NCBI GenBank assembly: GCA_003551675.1
Contig: PUNG01000009.1
Span: forward strand, 937 to 64,936
DNA length: 64,000 bases
From: Thermoplasmata archaeon
GTDB lineage: Archaea > Thermoplasmatota > Thermoplasmata > Halarchaeoplasmatales > Halarchaeoplasmataceae
Direction of reading: 5' to 3'
Shown here: in pieces, positions 22,714 to 31,564 of the stretch
How the letters are laid out: every line of letters begins with the position of its first letter
Position numbering within the stretch: the stretch's first letter is position 1
Made by a program: the position numbers and the translations under genes
Notes under the pieces: model-generated
Told to the model about the DNA's origin: nothing
What the model saw: only the letters and a program-made list of their open reading frames with translations
Database searches by the model: none

Positions 22714-22787
22714 TGCCCGATCGGGGATTCGAACCCCGGTAAAAGGCTCCGCAAGCCTCTATGATATCCAAACTACATCAATCGGGC
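22714..22787 (-). tRNA. tRNA-Arg (anticodon GCG)
   Basis: The reverse complement reads GCCCGATTGATGTAGTTTGGATATCATAGAGGCTTGCGGAGCCTTTTACCGGGGTTCGAATCCCCGATCGGGCA. It has a TTCGAAT T-loop, a CGGGG/CCCCG T-stem, and an anticodon loop TTGCGGA. Confidence 0.85.
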
Positions 22788-22814
22788 GTTACTACTCCGG
22801 ATGAAGGTATGCAC

Positions 22815-23963
22815 TTAATATCTTTTTCTTTTTTTACACAGCTCGATCACTTCTTCGTACACTTTCTGAAGAGGTACGTCGTTTTCTTCGGCTATCTTTT
22901 TACAGCTCTCATATTCAGGAGATATTTTTTTCCACTCGGGTGCGATCTTGACCTTAGCTTCGCCCCATGGCGTTTTGACCGTTTCGAACTCTCGTAGGCT
23001 CACCACTCTTCTCCCCTCTTCTATCCTCAGACCAAGAGTGGAAGTCTCTTCCATTATGGTTTTTATGACCTCCTCAACGCGTTTTTTCTTCAGTATCACA
23101 GTGACTTCACGGCCTTGTCTGCCTTTTTTTCCAGCCGCTGGAACCGTGTAAGCATCTACGGCGTGCTCTCTTATCCTCTCTAAAGCGAATTCCAAGACTT
23201 CCGGTGTCATGTCGTCCACATAAAAACGTACAGTGTATACTTCCTCTTCGATATTACTTTTTTTACCCAAAAATATACGCAGTACGTTTGGCTCTTCCAT
23301 CTCCCTATCGCCGAAACCCACACCGACTTTCTCGAGGACCATATCCGGTGGCTTTACCTGCTCCGTGAGGATCTTTAAAAGGGCCGCACCGGTAGGAGTG
23401 ACTAGTTCACCTTTTTTTTGACTGAATCTTACTTCCCAACCTCTCAATAATTTTTCTGTGGCCGGAACCGGAACCGGCAGCTTACCGTGTTCGCATCTCG
23501 TGTAACCTGAGCCAAAAGTGACAGACGAGGAGTAAGCTTCTTCTATCTCAAGGTCGCAGAATAAAGCGACGCTTCCTACGATATCTATGATGGAATCCAC
23601 CATGCCCACTTCGTGGAATTCAAGGTCATCTACATCTTCACGGTGGATCTCGCTTTCGACTTCCCCTATCATCTCAAAGGTCTTCAAGCTGAGCTCTTTC
23701 ACGTCTTCATCTAGATCTGACTCTTCGATCATCTTTGATATCTCGGACAATTTTCGATGGGGCTGGTCTTCAAATCTTACCTTAACGTTCTTTCCTCTCA
23801 CACATCCTTCTTTATCTTCTATCTCGACATGTACCTTGTTCAATTTTAGCTCTTTGATGACCTGGTCTAAAAGCTTTGCATCTCCTCCCAAGTCAATCAA
23901 ACTAGCGAGCAGCATATCCCCGCTTATGCCCGATTTCAGATCGAAATATGCTATCCTACTCAT
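22815..23963 (-). CDS. larC: nickel-pincer cofactor biosynthesis protein LarC (DUF111)
   Basis: It has the N-terminal RIAYFDLKSGISGDMLLASL signature. The start is at the internal ATG (MSRIAYFD). Confidence 0.75.
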   Translation of the reverse strand: MSRIAYFDLKSGISGDMLLASLIDLGGDAKLLDQVIKELKLNKVHVEIEDKEGCVRGKNVKVRFEDQPHRKLSEISKMIEESDLDEDVKELSLKTFEMIGEVESEIHREDVDDLEFHEVGMVDSIIDIVGSVALFCDLEIEEAYSSSVTFGSGYTRCEHGKLPVPVPATEKLLRGWEVRFSQKKGELVTPTGAALLKILTEQVKPPDMVLEKVGVGFGDREMEEPNVLRIFLGKKSNIEEEVYTVRFYVDDMTPEVLEFALERIREHAVDAYTVPAAGKKGRQGREVTVILKKKRVEEVIKTIMEETSTLGLRIEEGRRVVSLREFETVKTPWGEAKVKIAPEWKKISPEYESCKKIAEENDVPLQKVYEEVIELCKKRKRY

Positions 23964-23967
23964 ATTA

Positions 23968-24702
23968 TCACTCCTTGAGCATATGATGTACGAAGGCGGC
24001 GGCACCGTAGCCGTTGTCTATGTTCACCACGGCCAGACCCGTGGCACAGCTGTTCAACATGGTCTCTAAAGCGGATCTTCCTCCTCTAGCCGTACCGTAA
24101 CCCACGCTTGTAGGAACAGCTATGACCGGTGTTCCTATAAGGCCTGAAACTATCCCTGGGAGCGTACCGTCCATACCTGCCGCGACTATAACGGCGTCGG
24201 CTTCTCTCAATCCTTTAAGATGCGGCAGCAATCTGTGTATCCCCGCTACCCCTACGTCGTACAGTCTTTCTACGGCGTACCCCATCTCTTCTAAAGTTAC
24301 AGCGGCTTCTTCCGCCACAGGCACATCACTGGAACCTCCTGTGACCACGGTCACTTTTCCGTCCACATCTAACTCGACGTTTCCAACGACTATCAGCCCG
24401 GCCTTTTCTTTAAATTTGACGTCATCTCTTACCGTACTCACGACTTTAAAATCTTCTTCACTGGCCCTGGTAAAGAGACGATCACCGACTTCGGCTATTT
24501 TTTTTAACTGCTCCTTCGACTTTCCGGGACAAAAGACTGCTTCGGGAAGCCCTTTTCTTATCTCTCTAAACGTATCGATCTTAGCTTCACCAAGATCTGT
24601 ATAAGGCATAGCCAGTATCATCTCTTTTAGCTCTTCGCTAGATATCTTTCCATCTTTATGATCCTTTAAGAGTTTATCCAAATCATTCAAATTATCATCC
24701 AC
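23968..24702 (-). CDS. larB: nickel-pincer nucleotide biosynthesis carboxylase/hydrolase LarB (PurE-like)
   Basis: Its C-terminal PurE-like domain carries VVTGGSSDVPVAEE...VAAGMDGTLPGIV. Confidence 0.75.
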   Translation of the reverse strand: MDDNLNDLDKLLKDHKDGKISSEELKEMILAMPYTDLGEAKIDTFREIRKGLPEAVFCPGKSKEQLKKIAEVGDRLFTRASEEDFKVVSTVRDDVKFKEKAGLIVVGNVELDVDGKVTVVTGGSSDVPVAEEAAVTLEEMGYAVERLYDVGVAGIHRLLPHLKGLREADAVIVAAGMDGTLPGIVSGLIGTPVIAVPTSVGYGTARGGRSALETMLNSCATGLAVVNIDNGYGAAAFVHHMLKE

Positions 24703-25492
24703 CTTCAGGGGATATGGAACCGGTCCTGTATCCTTCTAGGTCTAAAAAGATCCTATGGAATCCTTCTTTTTTCAAAAGCGCCACTATCTCCTCTCTGTTG
24801 TTTATGATGCTGTACATATCTTTTGGCCACACTTCGAGCCTTGCGGTATCACCAAAGCACCTCACTCTTAACTGTTCGATACCAGATCCGAAAAGTTCTT
24901 TCTCTATCCTTTCAACTTTCTTGAGCTCTTCTTCAGTCAATTCTTCACCAACGGGGAATCTGCTAGCTAAACAGGCAAAGGAAGGTTTATCCCAAACATC
25001 CCTCCCTCTCCATTCGAGGATCTCTCTTACCTCTTTTTCTCCTATCCCCGTTTCCAGTAACGGTGCTCTAGCATGTTCTTTCACCGCCTTCAATCCCGGT
25101 CTGTGACCTTTTACTTCTGTGGCATTGGTTCCTTCCAAGATCGTTTCTCCTTCCTTTACGGATATGGAACCGAAAAGTTCCTTCTTACAGTAGTAGCACC
25201 GATCCTGGGGATTCGCTTTGAATTTTTGATCCGATAATTTATCCGTTTTAACTAAACGATATTTTGCCCCCATGCTTTCCGCTCTTCTTTTCGCCTCTTC
25301 GATCTCCTGGTCAGGATAGAGAACATCGTCGATTATAACCGCTTCAACATCCCGGGCCGCTTCGAGAGCCGAATCGAGTACCAACGTGCTGTCTTTTCCT
25401 CCGGAATAAGCTACTAGAACCTTCTCTATATCGTTTTCAGGGTACCACTCGAGAAGATCTTTCCAACGCTGTTCTAGCTCCGGTTTTTTCAT
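24695..25492 (-). CDS. larE: ATP-dependent sacrificial sulfur transferase LarE (PP-loop)
   Basis: It has the PP-loop SGGKDS motif and conserved Cys near CYYCK. It overlaps larB by 8 nt. Confidence 0.75.
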   Translation of the reverse strand: MKKPELEQRWKDLLEWYPENDIEKVLVAYSGGKDSTLVLDSALEAARDVEAVIIDDVLYPDQEIEEAKRRAESMGAKYRLVKTDKLSDQKFKANPQDRCYYCKKELFGSISVKEGETILEGTNATEVKGHRPGLKAVKEHARAPLLETGIGEKEVREILEWRGRDVWDKPSFACLASRFPVGEELTEEELKKVERIEKELFGSGIEQLRVRCFGDTARLEVWPKDMYSIINNREEIVALLKKEGFHRIFLDLEGYRTGSISPEGG

Positions 25493-25584
25493 ACTTTTAC
25501 AACTAGCAGGGATTATAAAAAGTGATTGCTTCCTTATCTACAGCTTTTTTCAGCCAGACCTACGAATAAGGCTTCCATAACATA

Positions 25585-25611
25585 TTTATATTGGTTAACC
25601 ATTGGTTAACG
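25585..25611 (+). promoter_or_regulatory. TATA box followed by near-palindromic TTGGTTAACC-ATTGGTTAAC operator-like site
   Basis: The sequence tttata is followed by the 10-bp perfect palindrome TGGTTAACCA and a direct repeat TTGGTTAAC. This sits immediately upstream of, or overlapping, the DtxR-like gene start. Confidence 0.5.
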
Positions 25612-25628
25612 ATGTGAAGGTGGAAAAG

Positions 25629-26120
25629 ATGGTCCGTAAAAGAAAAGGAGAGAAAGAGACCAATAGAGATAGAGAACATCTAAGAGCATTATTTCTCTTG
25701 AGAGCTCAGGACGAGATAGTAGGTCCGTCCCAACTCTCTGAATTCATGGGTATTTCAAGAGCGGGTGCCATGAAGAAGATGAAGAAGGTGGAGGACCTAA
25801 ACTACGGTGAATACGTCCAGGGAAGAGGGATCCGTCTGAATAAAAAGGCCACTAAAACCATCCGAAAAGATATAGAGAGGCATCACGCCCTCGAGCTCTT
25901 TTTAAGAGAATCATTGGACCTATCCCAGGAAGAAGCCTGTAAAGAATCCGATTCGTTAGAAGAGCATGTGAGTGAAGACTTGATGAAAAAGATCCAGGAA
26001 AAATATGAAGACGAGTTGAGATGTGAGTGCGGTCACTGTGTGGATCCAGAGTTCGATTCCGGAACAAATCAGCTTTACCAGTGTCATTGGGTTAAAAAAC
26101 ACTTTTCTATTTCAGAATGA
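25629..26120 (+). CDS. DtxR/MntR/SirR-family metal-dependent transcriptional regulator with Cys/His-rich C-terminus
   Basis: It has an N-terminal wHTH (SQLSEFMGISRAGAMKKMKKVE), metal-site ERHHALELFL, and a C-terminal CECGHC...CH segment. The first ATG is at 25629, because the track starts at TTG 25602. Confidence 0.65.
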   Translation: MVRKRKGEKETNRDREHLRALFLLRAQDEIVGPSQLSEFMGISRAGAMKKMKKVEDLNYGEYVQGRGIRLNKKATKTIRKDIERHHALELFLRESLDLSQEEACKESDSLEEHVSEDLMKKIQEKYEDELRCECGHCVDPEFDSGTNQLYQCHWVKKHFSISE

Positions 26121-26138
26121 GAAAGGGAGGTCCAAATC

Positions 26139-27839
26139 ATGGATAATGGGTTGAACGGGGAAAAAAATAAAACAAGTACCGAACTGAAAAAGATCGGAGT
26201 TATAGCCGCTGTTGTTATTTTATTGATATCATTGGGAGCGGTCACATACTTCTTCAGGGATGAAGAAACAAGTGATGGTGGCTCGGACCCTCATGTTTGG
26301 ATGTCATTAAGAAAAGTAGAGAAGATGATAGAACACTTTTCGGATGAGATCAGTGAATTGGATCCAGATAATGCTGATCATTATGAAGCTAATACAGATG
26401 ATTATAGAGATCGATTGAATGAACTTCATCATGAAATCAAAGAGCACCTAGCTCCCTATGAAGGAGAGAGTTTCATGATCTATCATCCCTCTATAGGATA
26501 TTTCGCCGATGACTATGGACTTGAACAGTTAGCTGTGGAGATCGAAGGTAAAGACCCGGGTCCTGGACAAATTCAAGGGTTGATCGATCGTGCAGAGGAG
26601 GAAGAAGTCGCCGTTATCTTCGTTTCACCCCAATTCGACGTGGAGGCAGCTCAAACTATAGCCGATGAAATAGGGGGAAGAGTCGAGACGTTGGATCCCT
26701 TGGCCAAAGATTATCTAGATAATATGGAAGATATCGCCTGGAGTTTGATAGATGCTTTTGAGGAAAGGGAAAAAAGAAGGAACATAGTGTATGGATCAGA
26801 TAATCTGGAATCATCGTCTTCTCAAGATCCTGTTATCAGTGTCGCGGTTACGATACCTCCCCAGGTCGAATGGGTGGAAGAGGTGGGAGGTAATAAAATA
26901 GAACCTATAGTGATGGTGCCGTACGGTGAGGACCCCCACACTTATGAGCCCGAGCCTAGTAGGATGGAGATGTTAGCGCAAGCTGACGCTTATTTCAAAT
27001 TAGGATCGGGTATAGAGTTCGAGGAGCGACATATGAACAGCATCAAAAATCAGAATCCTGATCTGGAGATAATCGACGGTAGCCGGAACATAGAACTCAG
27101 ACATTTCGATCACGATCACGATCATGAATACGAGATCGGTGAATTCGAGATAATCGATAGGGTGCAAGATGAGAAGGTGGCTTACGTGCATGGTGACCAC
27201 TGGCACGGTTCTCTTCCCGAGGTACCTGAAGACGGCCACATATCACTGGGAGCCTACATAGAAGACGAAGATGGTAACGAGATAGAGTTAGGATACGAAT
27301 ACCAACTAGGTGTAGATCATGTTTTAGATGCCGACGAAAGCATAGTTTCATTTGAGGCGCACGGAGATCATGTTCATATATCTGGAGAAAAAGAGGGAAC
27401 GACAAGGGTGGTTTTTCAATTGATCCATGACGAGCATATAGTTTATGAGACGCCTCCCATAAGCGTATTTGTAGGCGATCACGATCACGAAGATGAGATC
27501 GGAGAATTCAAGATAATCGATAGGTCCGAAGATAAAGAAGTGGCTTACGTGCATGGTGACCACTGGCACGGTTCTCTTCCCGAAGTTAATGAAGGCGAAC
27601 ACGTATCACTGGGAGCCTACATAGAGGACCAACACGGTCACGAGATAAAATTGGGAGACGAGTACCAGTTGGGAGTTAGTTTAGCAGAAGGAGCAGAAAA
27701 TATAGTGAGCTTCCAAGAACACGGAGATCACGTACACATCCACGGCGAAGAAGAGGGAAGTACAGAAGTTGTGTTCCAGTTGATCCATGATGACCACGTG
27801 GACTATGAGACGCATCTTATAGATGTAGATGTGGGCTGA
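26139..27839 (+). CDS. ZnuA/TroA-like metal-binding protein, lobe-permuted, with two tandem His-rich domains
   Basis: A TM anchor is followed by C-lobe motifs (DPHVW, YHPSIGYF), then N-lobe motifs (EDPHTYEPEPS), then DHDHDHE and two ~120-aa repeats containing HGDHWHG and HGDHVHI. Confidence 0.65.
   Translation: MDNGLNGEKNKTSTELKKIGVIAAVVILLISLGAVTYFFRDEETSDGGSDPHVWMSLRKVEKMIEHFSDEISELDPDNADHYEANTDDYRDRLNELHHEIKEHLAPYEGESFMIYHPSIGYFADDYGLEQLAVEIEGKDPGPGQIQGLIDRAEEEEVAVIFVSPQFDVEAAQTIADEIGGRVETLDPLAKDYLDNMEDIAWSLIDAFEEREKRRNIVYGSDNLESSSSQDPVISVAVTIPPQVEWVEEVGGNKIEPIVMVPYGEDPHTYEPEPSRMEMLAQADAYFKLGSGIEFEERHMNSIKNQNPDLEIIDGSRNIELRHFDHDHDHEYEIGEFEIIDRVQDEKVAYVHGDHWHGSLPEVPEDGHISLGAYIEDEDGNEIELGYEYQLGVDHVLDADESIVSFEAHGDHVHISGEKEGTTRVVFQLIHDEHIVYETPPISVFVGDHDHEDEIGEFKIIDRSEDKEVAYVHGDHWHGSLPEVNEGEHVSLGAYIEDQHGHEIKLGDEYQLGVSLAEGAENIVSFQEHGDHVHIHGEEEGSTEVVFQLIHDDHVDYETHLIDVDVG
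27108..27836 (+). repeat. tandem duplication (~369 + ~360 nt) encoding His-rich modules
   Basis: About 80% nucleotide identity is visible between 27108-27476 and 27477-27836. Confidence 0.8.
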
Positions 27840-27842
27840 AAG

Positions 27843-28634
27843 ATGATGATAGGAGATTTCAAAAAAGATGACAAACTAGGAAAGAAAGCCCTGACGATAG
27901 AAGGCGTTCACTTGACTAAAGGTGAAAATATCATCCTTAGAGACATAGATCTGGAGTTGGACCGAGGTGATTTTTTAGGGATCATAGGCCCCAACGGAGG
28001 CGGAAAAACTACTCTACTTAAAATCATCTTAGGTCTTCTAGAACCGGATAGAGGAAGGGTTAGAGTGTTCGGGAAAAGTCCTTCCTCATTTAGAGGAAAA
28101 GTTAGCTACGTTCCTCAGTTTAAAAACTTCGATTCTGATTTTCCCATAAACGTTTGGAACGTCGTCCTGATGGGTAGGGTAGGATCCCTAGGGTTAAATC
28201 CATTCTATTCGAAAGAAGATAAGATCAGGGCAAAGTCTTCTTTGAAAAAAGTGGATATGTATGATTTCAAGGATAGACTGTTTTCATCTCTTTCCGGTGG
28301 TGAAAAGCAGCGAGTATTGATGGCTAGAGCACTTGTTTCTGAACCAGAGATTCTATTGTTGGATGAACCAACCGCCAGCGTGGATGAAAAGATAAAAACA
28401 AGCATATTTGAACTATTGAAGGAGTTGAACGAAAAAAAGGATATAACGATCATACTGGTATCTCACGATGTCGGTTTTCTTTCTTCTTATGTAGAGAAAG
28501 TTGGCTGTTTAAATCAAAACCTGATATATCATGGTTCGGGAGAATTAACTCACGAGATGATAGAGGAGTCTTATGGATGCAAGGTTGATGTGATAGCACA
28601 TACCCACTCGAAAAAGGCCATGGAGGATGTATGA
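27843..28634 (+). CDS. znuC: metal ABC transporter ATP-binding protein (ZnuC-like)
   Basis: It has Walker A (GPNGGGKTT), the signature LSGGEKQR and Walker B (LLLDEP). Confidence 0.8.
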   Translation: MMIGDFKKDDKLGKKALTIEGVHLTKGENIILRDIDLELDRGDFLGIIGPNGGGKTTLLKIILGLLEPDRGRVRVFGKSPSSFRGKVSYVPQFKNFDSDFPINVWNVVLMGRVGSLGLNPFYSKEDKIRAKSSLKKVDMYDFKDRLFSSLSGGEKQRVLMARALVSEPEILLLDEPTASVDEKIKTSIFELLKELNEKKDITIILVSHDVGFLSSYVEKVGCLNQNLIYHGSGELTHEMIEESYGCKVDVIAHTHSKKAMEDV

Positions 28635-28664
28635 TATGTTTTTTAACTCAACGGAGGATCTTAG

Positions 28665-29510
28665 ATGATCGTCGATATACTATATGGTTTTTTTGAACTA
28701 CTAGAATATCCGTTTTACAGGAGAGCGATCATAACCGGATTCCTGGCATCCATAGTTTTTGGCATAGTAGGTACTTATGTAGTGATAAAAAGGATAGTAT
28801 TCATAAGCGACGGTATAGCTCATGCTTCTTTCGGTGGTATCGGCTTAGCGTTCTTTTTGAGTCATTATCTGATCTTCTCGATCGATCCTCTTATCGGAGC
28901 TGCTGTTTTCGCTTTAGTATCGGCTGTTGGTATAGGCCTTATGAGCAAAAAGAAGATACAAAGAGAGGATACAGCCATAGGCATAATATGGGTGCTGGGC
29001 ATGGCCCTAGGGGCACTATTTTTCAGCCTCACTCCTGGTTACCTAACTTCCATGGAGAATGTTCTTTTTGGAAATATATATATGATCAGTGATAGTGACA
29101 TATACATGCTTCTTTTTCTCGTCATAGGTGTTCTTGTAGCTGTTTTTATCTTCTATCATGAACTACAAGCTGTTTCCTTTGATGAGGAATTTGCAGAAGT
29201 TGCCGGTGTTAAAACAACTGCATTCTATCTGTTCTTACTGGTGATAGTAGCCCTATCCATAGTCTTTCTTCTCAGGTTCGTCGGGATCATTTTGGTCATA
29301 GCGTTGTTCACCATGCCCGCATCTATAGCTAGTGGGTTGAGCCACGACATAAGGAAGATAATGTTATACTCGTGGATATTATCACTGATCTTTGTTATGG
29401 GTGGGCTGTTCTTATCATATCTATTAGATTTCCCTTCAGGTCCGACTATCACTCTTTTTGGAGGACTCATATTTGTCATCTATACCCTGGTGGGATGGGT
29501 TAGGGGATGA
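28665..29510 (+). CDS. znuB: metal ABC transporter permease (ABC-3, ZnuB-like)
   Basis: It is a multi-TM protein typical of the ABC-3 family and follows znuC. Confidence 0.75.
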   Translation: MIVDILYGFFELLEYPFYRRAIITGFLASIVFGIVGTYVVIKRIVFISDGIAHASFGGIGLAFFLSHYLIFSIDPLIGAAVFALVSAVGIGLMSKKKIQREDTAIGIIWVLGMALGALFFSLTPGYLTSMENVLFGNIYMISDSDIYMLLFLVIGVLVAVFIFYHELQAVSFDEEFAEVAGVKTTAFYLFLLVIVALSIVFLLRFVGIILVIALFTMPASIASGLSHDIRKIMLYSWILSLIFVMGGLFLSYLLDFPSGPTITLFGGLIFVIYTLVGWVRG

Positions 29511-29534
29511 GATATGATGATCCAAAATATCCAT

Positions 29535-30650
29535 CTACTCATCTAAAGGCCACCTTTCAACTTCTAAGGCGTCGGCTGTAGGATATACCTCTATCCCGAA
29601 ACATCTCTCTTCAAGTCCTTCCTGTATCTCGTTCAAAAGTTCTAAGGAACATTCTATCCTTTTTTTGTGATCATCAAACCACAAGATATCCTCCGATATT
29701 GCGAATAAGCTCTGAAGTTCTTTCGCTCTTTTTTTATCTTCCGTTTCGATCATACCCCTGATGATGGTCCCTTCTTCGGTCACTATGTCCCCCTCTTTAG
29801 CCACGTTTTTCACTCTCCTTTTGAGCCTGTTGGTCAGTTGAACCCCGTCTTTGAAAGCTAATGAGCAGTAATGTAACGAGGTACCGAAATCTTTATTGAG
29901 CAATTCGAGTGCAAGTTCCTCACTACCCTTGACCGCGCTGGAGATATCGCTTTTGTGTTGGTATCCTCTTTTCTCAAGCTCTTTAGAGTTGGTGGAAGAG
30001 AACTCCAGTTCGTTTATGTTGACGAAATCACACGAGCTTCCCAACGCCTTCAAAAGATGGACGGTCTCTTTCTTTTTTCCGGGTATACTAGGGATCTCCA
30101 ATCCTGTAGACATATACATCTCATCCTTTATCTCCTCTAAAAGCAGCGGATACTCCGTTTCTTCGATACTGCCCCACTGCTCCATGGGTGGATGGAATCT
30201 GATCTCGTCTAGACCGGAATCGTAAGCACGCCTTATCGCGTCTATATCCGTAGAACGAGTATATAGATGGATATGATGGTCTTTTCCGAACTCACTTTTC
30301 AACATCTGTATATACATGATGGTTCTCTCAGATTGAGATATCACGTAGTTAGAATCCGCATCCATGGTGAAATCCTTCTCGCATAGTGGATCGCCTCCTG
30401 TTATGCCCGTTCCGGTTGCATCTATGGCCCTTGCTTCTTCCACCACCTCTTCATCGTTATCCACCTTCTTTTCGTTGGCGAACACCACTGGTCTTCTCTT
30501 CTTTTCTTCTGAAAGTGGACAATACCAACATGCAGAGTCGCATTTACCGGTTACCAACAGTACTAACTTTGCACCTTTGGCACATTCTTTGCATCCATCT
30601 GGAAGAACTCCCGTGTAGGCCGAGTCTTTTTTTACCCGTTTTATGTCCAT
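29535..30650 (-). CDS. radical SAM protein
   Basis: It has CDSACWYC (Cx3Cx2C) near the N-terminus and a glycine-rich SAM motif (GITGGDP). Confidence 0.65.
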   Translation of the reverse strand: MDIKRVKKDSAYTGVLPDGCKECAKGAKLVLLVTGKCDSACWYCPLSEEKKRRPVVFANEKKVDNDEEVVEEARAIDATGTGITGGDPLCEKDFTMDADSNYVISQSERTIMYIQMLKSEFGKDHHIHLYTRSTDIDAIRRAYDSGLDEIRFHPPMEQWGSIEETEYPLLLEEIKDEMYMSTGLEIPSIPGKKKETVHLLKALGSSCDFVNINELEFSSTNSKELEKRGYQHKSDISSAVKGSEELALELLNKDFGTSLHYCSLAFKDGVQLTNRLKRRVKNVAKEGDIVTEEGTIIRGMIETEDKKRAKELQSLFAISEDILWFDDHKKRIECSLELLNEIQEGLEERCFGIEVYPTADALEVERWPLDE

Positions 30651-30760
30651 CTTATTGACTCCCTGATCATATATGCAGCATCAACATATTACTTTTTCCT
30701 TCGGTGGTGTTCAGATCGTTGAAAGCGAAACTACTTTTACACGTGAGTATATCGTGAAAC

Positions 30761-31564
30761 ATGATATATCTAGGTCCAGGGGGAACTCCCCACGGAGTAA
30801 GCGGAACCAAGAGGAGTATGAAATACTTGGCAGAAGAAGGGTTGAATGCCATGGAAGTGCAGTTCGTTAGAGGAGCTCGTATGAAAGGATCTACTGCGGA
30901 AGATATAGGGGAAGAGGCTAAAAAACACGGCATACTTTTGAGCATACACGCTCCTTATTACATCAATTTAAACTCCGAGAAAGAAGAGATCATAGAGAAG
31001 AGCAAGGAACGTATAATGAAGAGTGCTAGATTGGCGGATAAGATGAACGCTTGGATCATAACCGTACATGCTGGTTACTACTCAGGCATGTCCAGCCGAG
31101 AGGCCACGGAGATCATCGCCGACAACGTCGTTGAATGTGCAGAGAAGATAGAAGACGAAGCTCTGAACGTCAAGATCGGTTTAGAACAGATGGGCAAGGA
31201 AAAAAGTTGGGGAACATTGGACGAGTTAGAAACAGTGGTGGATAGGACTTCTGTTGCCGTACCCGTATTGGACTTTGCTCATTATCACGCCAGGTACTGC
31301 GGAAAACTAAAAACTAAAGAAGATTTTGAGGATCTTTTAAAAAGATACGAGGCCATACACCAAGGCCGACTTCATTCTCATTTTTCTTCCATAGAGTATG
31401 GAGATAAGGGCGAAAAGAAACATCTAGATATGGAAGAGTATCAGCCGGATTTTAGAAAACTTGCTCCCTTGCTGAAGGAAAAAGATTATGATATAACGGT
31501 TATCTGCGAGACACCAGAACTCGATAGGGACAGTTTGAAGATGAAAGATATATTAGGTATCTAG
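30761..31564 (+). CDS. nfo: endonuclease IV (AP endonuclease family 2, TIM-barrel)
   Basis: It has the metal-ligand motifs HAPYYINL and ITVHAGYY. Confidence 0.7.
   Translation: MIYLGPGGTPHGVSGTKRSMKYLAEEGLNAMEVQFVRGARMKGSTAEDIGEEAKKHGILLSIHAPYYINLNSEKEEIIEKSKERIMKSARLADKMNAWIITVHAGYYSGMSSREATEIIADNVVECAEKIEDEALNVKIGLEQMGKEKSWGTLDELETVVDRTSVAVPVLDFAHYHARYCGKLKTKEDFEDLLKRYEAIHQGRLHSHFSSIEYGDKGEKKHLDMEEYQPDFRKLAPLLKEKDYDITVICETPELDRDSLKMKDILGI

Noticed and set aside
22713-22771. Track ORF 21908-22771 extending through the tRNA-Arg(GCG) gene
   Set aside because: The extension overlaps the tRNA on the same strand. The SDR domain begins at the internal ATG (22699).
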